Shown: piece by piece, positions 27,213-32,000 of the stretch
Position numbering within the stretch: position 1 is the stretch's first letter
How the letters are laid out: every line of letters begins with the position of its first letter
Assembly: GCF_029504745.1 (NCBI RefSeq)
Contig: NZ_JAQFIQ010000018.1
Location: 1-32,000, forward strand
Direction of reading: 5' to 3'
Length of the DNA: 32,000 bases
From: Breznakia sp. PF5-3
GTDB taxonomy: Bacteria > Bacillota_I > Bacilli_A > Erysipelotrichales > Erysipelotrichaceae
The notes under the pieces: model-generated
Told to the model about the DNA's origin: nothing
Databases searched by the model: none
The model's input: the letters and a program-made list of their open reading frames with translations, nothing else
Position numbers and translations under genes: made by a program

Positions 27213-27623
27213 CTAAAATTCATCTTCTTGAGAAACGTCTTCAATAAGAGGGTTACAAAATTTTGGTGTCGTATCCTCACTATTGACAATATTCTCAATT
27301 ATTTCCTTTGTATTACCATCACCTGCTAAAAAGATTTGCATGAGCAAGGGTAAATTCATTCCTGTTATTAAATAATAATTCTCTCTTCCTAAATGTTTCA
27401 TCAATTCATTGTTTACACTTCCACCAAACACATCACTCATCGCTATGATTTCAGCATTCTCAGGAATTTCATTCATAACTTTTTTGATATCTTCTTCAAT
27501 ATCATTCGATTCTACAAATCCATTAATGAGATGTACATTCTCTTGCTCTCCTACAATGATTTTAATGCTCTCATAGATACCTTTCGCAAAGGTTCCATGA
27601 GATGCGATAATATAATGTTTCAT
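27213..27623 (-). CDS. PTS mannose-family EIIA component
   Basis: HYIIASHGTFAKG (active-site His). The start overlaps the upstream stop (ATGA). Confidence 0.9.
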   Translation of the reverse strand: MKHYIIASHGTFAKGIYESIKIIVGEQENVHLINGFVESNDIEEDIKKVMNEIPENAEIIAMSDVFGGSVNNELMKHLGRENYYLITGMNLPLLMQIFLAGDGNTKEIIENIVNSEDTTPKFCNPLIEDVSQEDEF

Positions 27624-28453
27624 TGTTCATTCTCCTTCATGATTTTATTAAATTGCTGCATTGTTTTTAAATCTGCTTCATATGGTTTCTCATAATATTG
27701 TCCATTTACACTTTCCAGCGATAATAATCCATCATATCCATATTTCTGTAATTCTTTAATATCTTCACTCATATTTCGCTCACCATCACCCCATGCAAGA
27801 TGTCCGGTTGGTGCTCCATCAACAAAATGAACATGAACAATATCATCTTTGAAGGCTTTGAAATAGTCTTCAATCGTTTCCTTTGCCCCAGCCATGGCTC
27901 CAAAATCAATACATACTTTCAATTGATTGCTATTTACTGCCTCTTTATAACGTTTTAATCCATCAATCGAGTTTACAATTAATGACTCGTCATGTTGTAA
28001 TGATTCCATTGCTAAATAAATACGTTTGCTTTGTGCATATTCACAAAGACGTTTCATCATATGTACACTACGATTAAAGGCATCTTCTATATCCTCATTT
28101 AGAAATGCCCATCCACTTGTAACTAACACCATCTTTGCTTGAATACTTGCAGCTACATCAATAGCATTTGTAAAGTATTTATATACATGTTTTTGTAGCT
28201 CTAGATCTTTTGTAGCCATATTGTTAGGCTTTGGATTTGTTTGTTCTGGACAAATTACCGCTATTTTTATTTGATACTTTTCTTCTAAATGTTGTAATTT
28301 CTTTACACTTTCATATCCTTGATAATCCATGAAGAAATGTTGTGGTCCTGTCCATATCTCTGCTGTATCAAACCCTATTGACTTTATATGTTTAAAGAAA
28401 TCCTCTAGCTCATAAAAGCGATAATGTCCATTCATTGCACATAGCTTAATCAT
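27620..28453 (-). CDS. Xylose-isomerase-like TIM-barrel protein (FrlC-like ketosamine epimerase/isomerase candidate)
   Basis: TIM-barrel family pattern. I chose the ATG at 28453 (MIKLCAMNGHY) with SD gaggaggg; it overlaps the HAD gene by 8 nt. Confidence 0.8.
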   Translation of the reverse strand: MIKLCAMNGHYRFYELEDFFKHIKSIGFDTAEIWTGPQHFFMDYQGYESVKKLQHLEEKYQIKIAVICPEQTNPKPNNMATKDLELQKHVYKYFTNAIDVAASIQAKMVLVTSGWAFLNEDIEDAFNRSVHMMKRLCEYAQSKRIYLAMESLQHDESLIVNSIDGLKRYKEAVNSNQLKVCIDFGAMAGAKETIEDYFKAFKDDIVHVHFVDGAPTGHLAWGDGERNMSEDIKELQKYGYDGLLSLESVNGQYYEKPYEADLKTMQQFNKIMKENEQ

Positions 28454-29120
28454 AAAATCCCTCCTCACCTGCTTCAATACGCTTTATTAGCTGATAGACA
28501 TCAAACAAATCTTTCACATGATAGTCAGCTTTTGATTGATCAAAATGAAAGCGATCATCTATTTTTGCTGCTACTTTTATACCTGCATTTCTTGCAGCTG
28601 CAATTCCATAACCAGAATCTTCAATAACGAGTGTCTCACTTGCTTCAAGTGATAATTTCTTTAGCGTATATAAATACACTTCTGGATGTGGCTTGCTTTC
28701 TTGAAACATCATTCCACTAACTATGACATCAAAGTAATGCTCAATCCCATTTTCTTTACAGACTTTTTCAATGAAATCCAAATGATTTGAAGAGGCGATT
28801 GCTATTTTAACCCCTTGTTTTTTTAAATAACGGATTAAAAACTTTACATAAGGATTTAAAATATCTGTGCAATCAACCTCTTCAACATTTGAAGTTTTGC
28901 AATAATAATCATACATCTCATCATATGTATAATCACACTCTAACCACCCAGCCATTAATTCCCAAGTTCTTTGATGACTAGATCCAATAACTTCTGATAC
29001 AACTTCTGGTGGTTGTGGTTTACCATGCTTTTCCAAAAATGTCATCATTTCATACATATAATATGGTTCTGAATCAATCAATACACCATCCATATCAAAA
29101 ATTACGGCTTTAATCTTCAT
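28446..29120 (-). CDS. HAD-superfamily hydrolase (beta-phosphoglucomutase / sugar-phosphatase subfamily)
   Basis: Motif I VIFDMDGVLIDSE and motif IV EDSGYGIAAARNAG. Confidence 0.9.
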   Translation of the reverse strand: MKIKAVIFDMDGVLIDSEPYYMYEMMTFLEKHGKPQPPEVVSEVIGSSHQRTWELMAGWLECDYTYDEMYDYYCKTSNVEEVDCTDILNPYVKFLIRYLKKQGVKIAIASSNHLDFIEKVCKENGIEHYFDVIVSGMMFQESKPHPEVYLYTLKKLSLEASETLVIEDSGYGIAAARNAGIKVAAKIDDRFHFDQSKADYHVKDLFDVYQLIKRIEAGEEGFYD

Positions 29121-29122
29121 GA

Positions 29123-30154
29123 TTAATATTCAAATTGACGATAGTAACGTCTGTAATTTAAGTTATGCTTTGTATATGTCTCATAGTGAGCAGCCAGTCT
29201 CTCTGTCAATAGACTTGTTGCAATTAATGGTGATACAAGTCCTCTAAACTTATCATCAACACCATCCAATGCATATTCTGCTGTATCAAATACAACTAAC
29301 TTGTCAGTAATCTTCTTACAGAATGTTTCTACACGTGTATCTAAGGCACGACATTCATCTTCACCTTTCACTAAGAATACTGGTACATCTTTATCAACTA
29401 GTTCAAGTGTTCCATGGAAGAATTCTGGTGATGTAACAGATTTTGTACGTACCCATTGCATTTCTTCAAGAATACACATAGAGAATAAATATGTTTCTCC
29501 CCACAATGCACCAGATCCTACCCAGATATTATATGGTTCATTGTAGTATTTCTTTGCAATTTCTTCTGCTTTTGGATCAAATTGTTCACGAATATCAACT
29601 AAGTTTTTAAAGATTCCTTTCATTTGATCTGCAAACAATTCATAGTCAGGGAAATCACCACGGTTATATAATAATCTTAATGCTAATAAGTTAAATAATA
29701 AATAACTATATTCACACATTCCGGTTGTAACATTTGCTTCAATTACCGTTTGTGCAACTTTTCCAAGTGGTCCACTAGATTTTGTGAAAGCCATGACTTG
29801 GATTCCTTCTGCAACAATCCATTTTGCTGCTTCTACAATTTCCTTTGTATCTCCAGATGCACTTGCTGTAATCACAATTGAATCCTTAGTTAGTTTACGG
29901 TGTTTTAATACATTTAACTCTGCTGCGTTTACCAAATAAACTTCTACATCAGAATATTTTTCAATCGCATATTTAATTGGGGCAAACTCTGCCCAAGTTC
30001 CTCCAATTCCAAGTAAGAAAATGTTTGAATATCCATCTTTTGAAATCTTATCTGCTACTTTTTCAACCTCTGCACGTTGTGCATAGATTGCATCCCCTTC
30101 TTTTAAATACTTTTCTGTATCAAACTTTGGTAGTGTTACCATCTCTTTTTCCAT
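29123..30154 (-). CDS. Double-SIS-domain protein, FrlB/GfrF-like fructosamine-6-phosphate deglycase candidate
   Basis: Contains LLGIGGT, ITASASGDTKE and SPEFFHGTLE motifs, about 340 aa. I prefer the ATG at 30154 (MEKEMV) because GGAGGAG lies 6 nt upstream. The track start at 30169 is itself part of that SD. Confidence 0.8.
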   Translation of the reverse strand: MEKEMVTLPKFDTEKYLKEGDAIYAQRAEVEKVADKISKDGYSNIFLLGIGGTWAEFAPIKYAIEKYSDVEVYLVNAAELNVLKHRKLTKDSIVITASASGDTKEIVEAAKWIVAEGIQVMAFTKSSGPLGKVAQTVIEANVTTGMCEYSYLLFNLLALRLLYNRGDFPDYELFADQMKGIFKNLVDIREQFDPKAEEIAKKYYNEPYNIWVGSGALWGETYLFSMCILEEMQWVRTKSVTSPEFFHGTLELVDKDVPVFLVKGEDECRALDTRVETFCKKITDKLVVFDTAEYALDGVDDKFRGLVSPLIATSLLTERLAAHYETYTKHNLNYRRYYRQFEY

Positions 30155-30256
30155 TTCGTTCTCCTCCATAATAAAATATATCGTTTCACTTAATCATAAA
30201 GACAGAATTGAACCTGGCGCCTTTGTGGTTCCTTTTGTATTCCACTTTACGATTTC

Positions 30257-30285
30257 AATATACCAGTATGAGCGATAAATTGCAA
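30257..30285 (-). promoter_or_regulatory. Sigma-70 promoter of the SIS-PTS operon
   Basis: Minus strand reads TTGCAA, 17 nt, TATATT, about 95 nt upstream of the start codon. Confidence 0.55.
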
Positions 30286-30294
30286 GCGGTTTCA
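30281..30294. promoter_or_regulatory. cre (CcpA) catabolite-responsive element overlapping the -35 box
   Basis: TGCAAGCGGTTTCA (minus strand TGAAACCGCTTGCA) fits every fixed position of TGNAANCGNTNNCA. Confidence 0.6.
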
Positions 30295-30313
30295 TGATTT
30301 TTTTAAAAGATTA

Positions 30314-30345
30314 TAAAAAAACGAATCTGACAAATCATCAGATTC
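30314..30345 (-). terminator. Rho-independent terminator insulating the PTS operon from upstream transcription
   Basis: Minus strand reads gaatctga-tgatttg-tcagattc followed by gttttttta. Confidence 0.65.
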
Positions 30346-30462
30346 TCCTTTATTTATAGTGTTTTATTCATTTTTTCATAGCATCATATTTTTTCTATAA
30401 TTTTCTCTCATTTCCCATTTTTTATGAATTTTATATAATATTTTCCATTTTTGGCTACTTAT

Positions 30463-30810
30463 CTATTCCAATTTTGATTTTTCATATACCAAAATAAAAA
30501 ATCCACCCCTATAAGGGGATGAATATTGGCAACTCCCATATGGGAGCTTTTTGAATATTCGCAATTGTGATACACTGATTTTAGACGGTATGATAACCAA
30601 CATATGGGTATAACCCACGCATGCATTCGCCTCAATAATCTCTACGTCTTTGTATTCATAAAGACGTCTGAGGATAACGCCAATGTCCCTCCTCAATTCA
30701 CCATAGATTACTTTTCTGCGGTATTTTAGAATAAACACAATATGATACTGACAGTTTCATTTTGTGTGGAACAATTGGCTTTCATCGATACCTTTTTTCT
30801 TTTTAAACAT
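30463..30810 (-). pseudogene. IS200/IS605-family tnpA (Y1/HUH transposase) pseudogene
   Basis: The minus-strand frame from the ATG at 30810 reads MFKKKKGIDESQLFHTK-TGA-NCQYHIVFILKYRRKVIYGELR...EIIEANACVGYTHMLVIIPSKISVSQ. The stop replaces the conserved Trp, the HUH motif has degraded to Y-T-H, and homology ends at about 30565 with the C-terminal half missing. Confidence 0.8.
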
Positions 30811-30875
30811 AAATTACCTCCTATTGCTATATGGCGAGTATTCATCCATATTGTATAGGAGGTAATTTTATGTTT
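30805..30875 (-). promoter_or_regulatory. Long stem-loop sequestering the tnpA SD and start codon (IS200-type translational repression structure)
   Basis: aaacataaattacctcctat (30805-30824) pairs with ataggaggtaattttatgttt (30855-30875), giving a 20-bp stem with one bulge and a 30-nt loop. The stem contains AGGAGG and the ATG. Confidence 0.6.
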
Positions 30876-31156
30876 TCACTGAACGCGTTCGCTTTTTACA
30901 TTTCTCACCTGCTTAGCAGGTAGTTTTGGTTCCCACTAAATTGGTGTCAAATCTAAAACCCTTTAAAATAAGGGGCAACTAATTCCTACTCGACATAATG
31001 CTATAAATCATATATTTTCTAGTATAGTATATCATTATTTGTCTGCATTTTTGATTCCAAATATCCATATTATTTATTGTATTCAAAATTTTCAATGTCA
31101 CTGTATTGTCAAATATCTATACCTAATAAGCATTTAAGGGGATAATAATAGAATTG

Positions 31157-31831
31157 TTATTTTGTTTTTTGATAGGCAATATAGGAAATAATATAAGATA
31201 CGATTACACAAGAACCTACAAGAATAAAGAAGATAATTGTATTAAATGTATTTGCTTGTGACAAAACAGCATATAGGATTAGTGAAAATCCGAAAATAAG
31301 AAACACCCTACCTATCCATCTATGTGTTAATTCCCAAGATTTTTCATTTGCAATACTCCATGTATTTTTGAATCCAATCATCGAATTATAATCAAGTACA
31401 GGAAAATAATTTCCAACAACTATAATTAAAATCCCTGCTAATCCGATAGCAACATTTATAAAAGGAAATGTGGAAACAGTTGCTTTAGTAGATAGTAAAA
31501 TGAAACCCTGTGTTACTACAAATATCAATATACTATCAAAAATTGTCATAAAGATTATAGCAAACGTTAGTAAAGGCTTTTCATTACGCAAATGTTCATC
31601 TGGACTTATTTTATATTTATTTCTTTGATAAGCTATATAACATTTGGTAATAAAACCACAAAAAACAGGTATCATCCAATAACCAAGAAACTCAAAACGA
31701 TTTCCCCATCGTGAAATTTCCCCGCTAAAGCTGTACTGCATGGGGAATGATGTTGGCATAAAAATGATAACAAGTAATCCAAGCAGTGATATAACAATTA
31801 AAGTATTTGTAAGTTTATTTCTTATTTCCAT
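31157..31831 (-). CDS. SdpI/YhfL-family membrane immunity/signal-transduction protein (DUF1648 plus SdpI domains)
   Basis: VGNYFPVLDYNSMIGFKNTWSIANEKSWELTHRWIGRVFLIFG matches the SdpI signature. I prefer the ATG at 31831 (MEIRNKL, SD gaaggagg) over the track's TTG at 31846. Confidence 0.8.
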   Translation of the reverse strand: MEIRNKLTNTLIVISLLGLLVIIFMPTSFPMQYSFSGEISRWGNRFEFLGYWMIPVFCGFITKCYIAYQRNKYKISPDEHLRNEKPLLTFAIIFMTIFDSILIFVVTQGFILLSTKATVSTFPFINVAIGLAGILIIVVGNYFPVLDYNSMIGFKNTWSIANEKSWELTHRWIGRVFLIFGFSLILYAVLSQANTFNTIIFFILVGSCVIVSYIISYIAYQKTK

Positions 31832-32000
31832 CTTTTCCTCCTTCAAACTGTTTTAGCCATAGTGTTAATTCTTCAAATATCGATGTATTAATTTGATAGT
31901 ATACATAGTTTTTATATTTTGTCTCAAACACTAAATCTGCCTTTTTTAGCAAATTTAGATGATATGAAATTGCTGCATTAGTAATATTGAAATTTTTTGT
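31815..32000 (-). CDS. ArsR-family SdpR-like autorepressor, C-terminal part (the gene runs off the window)
   Basis: Not in the ORF track. My translation gives TKNFNITNAAISYHLNLLKKADLVFETKYKNYVYYQINTSIFEELTLWLKQFEGGKDGNKK-stop, which shows the ArsR recognition helix and wing. It overlaps the SdpI start by 17 nt. Confidence 0.75.
   Translation of the reverse strand, partial: TKNFNITNAAISYHLNLLKKADLVFETKYKNYVYYQINTSIFEELTLWLKQFEGGKDGNKK

Noticed and set aside
30170-30300. A sigma-54 (-24 TGGCAC / -12 TTGCA) promoter with LevR-type control, as is common for mannose-family PTS operons
   Set aside because: A TTGCA is present, but no TGGCAC lies at the correct spacing on the coding (minus) strand, and no LevR-like or sigma-54 activator gene is in the window. 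The element fits a sigma-70 -35 with a proper -10 and a cre site instead.
30760-30762. TGA at a conserved Trp codon of IS200 tnpA as a possible sign of genetic code 4 (TGA=Trp), given a possibly Mollicutes-related host
   Set aside because: Host genes clearly use TGA as a stop codon: the sipW ATGA junction at 12141-12144 and the TIM-barrel/IIA ATGA junction at 27620-27623. The same tnpA copy carries other inactivating changes (P to L, loss of an HUH histidine, a 3' truncation), so a simple TGG-to-TGA transition in a pseudogene is the parsimonious reading.
30870-30923. A 17-codon plus-strand ORF (MFSLNAFAFYISHLLSR) with a perfect AGGAGG SD 7 nt upstream
   Set aside because: The SD and ATG are the mirror image of the tnpA SD and ATG, generated by the 20-bp palindromic stem. 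There is no independent evidence for a peptide, though a type-I-toxin-like role cannot be excluded without data.

Overview
Low-GC Bacillota-type chromosomal segment. The divergent GroEL, AT-rich codon usage and CIRCE-controlled groES-groEL suggest an Erysipelotrichales- or Clostridia-like host; this is inference only. About 32 genes are present, and almost all are on the minus strand. From left to right: (1) the 5' part of a secreted DUF11 / Listeria-Bacteroides-repeat surface protein, preceded by a 36-bp perfect palindrome and by a 7TMR-DISM::LuxR membrane regulator. (2) A defective IS3-family element next to tRNA-Asp(GUC). (3) A DeoR-linked sugar operon encoding a Gfo/Idh/MocA oxidoreductase, a TIM-barrel isomerase and an alpha/beta hydrolase. 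(4) A tightly coupled pair consisting of a Qnr-type pentapeptide-repeat protein and a minimal SIR2/AbiH-like protein. This is my top candidate for an undescribed defence or toxin module. (5) A five-gene, sortase-free SipW/TasA(BsaA)-like surface-fibre operon that opens with a VWA adhesin and ends with a membrane-anchored subunit that seems to start at ATC. (6) groES-groEL with two CIRCE operators. (7) A TetR regulator divergent from an ABC-2 exporter. (8) A roughly 9-kb minus-strand array: FrlB-like SIS deglycase, HAD phosphatase, FrlC-like TIM barrel, mannose-family PTS IIA/B/C/D, DeoC-like aldolase, MATE, GNAT and two tandem GntR regulators, driven by a sigma-70 promoter overlapped by a cre site. 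(9) A decayed IS200/IS605 tnpA remnant. (10) An SdpR/SdpI-like immunity pair that runs off the right edge. I found no CRISPR array, no rRNA and no prophage. All calls come from reading the sequence and from remembered family motifs. No database search was run.
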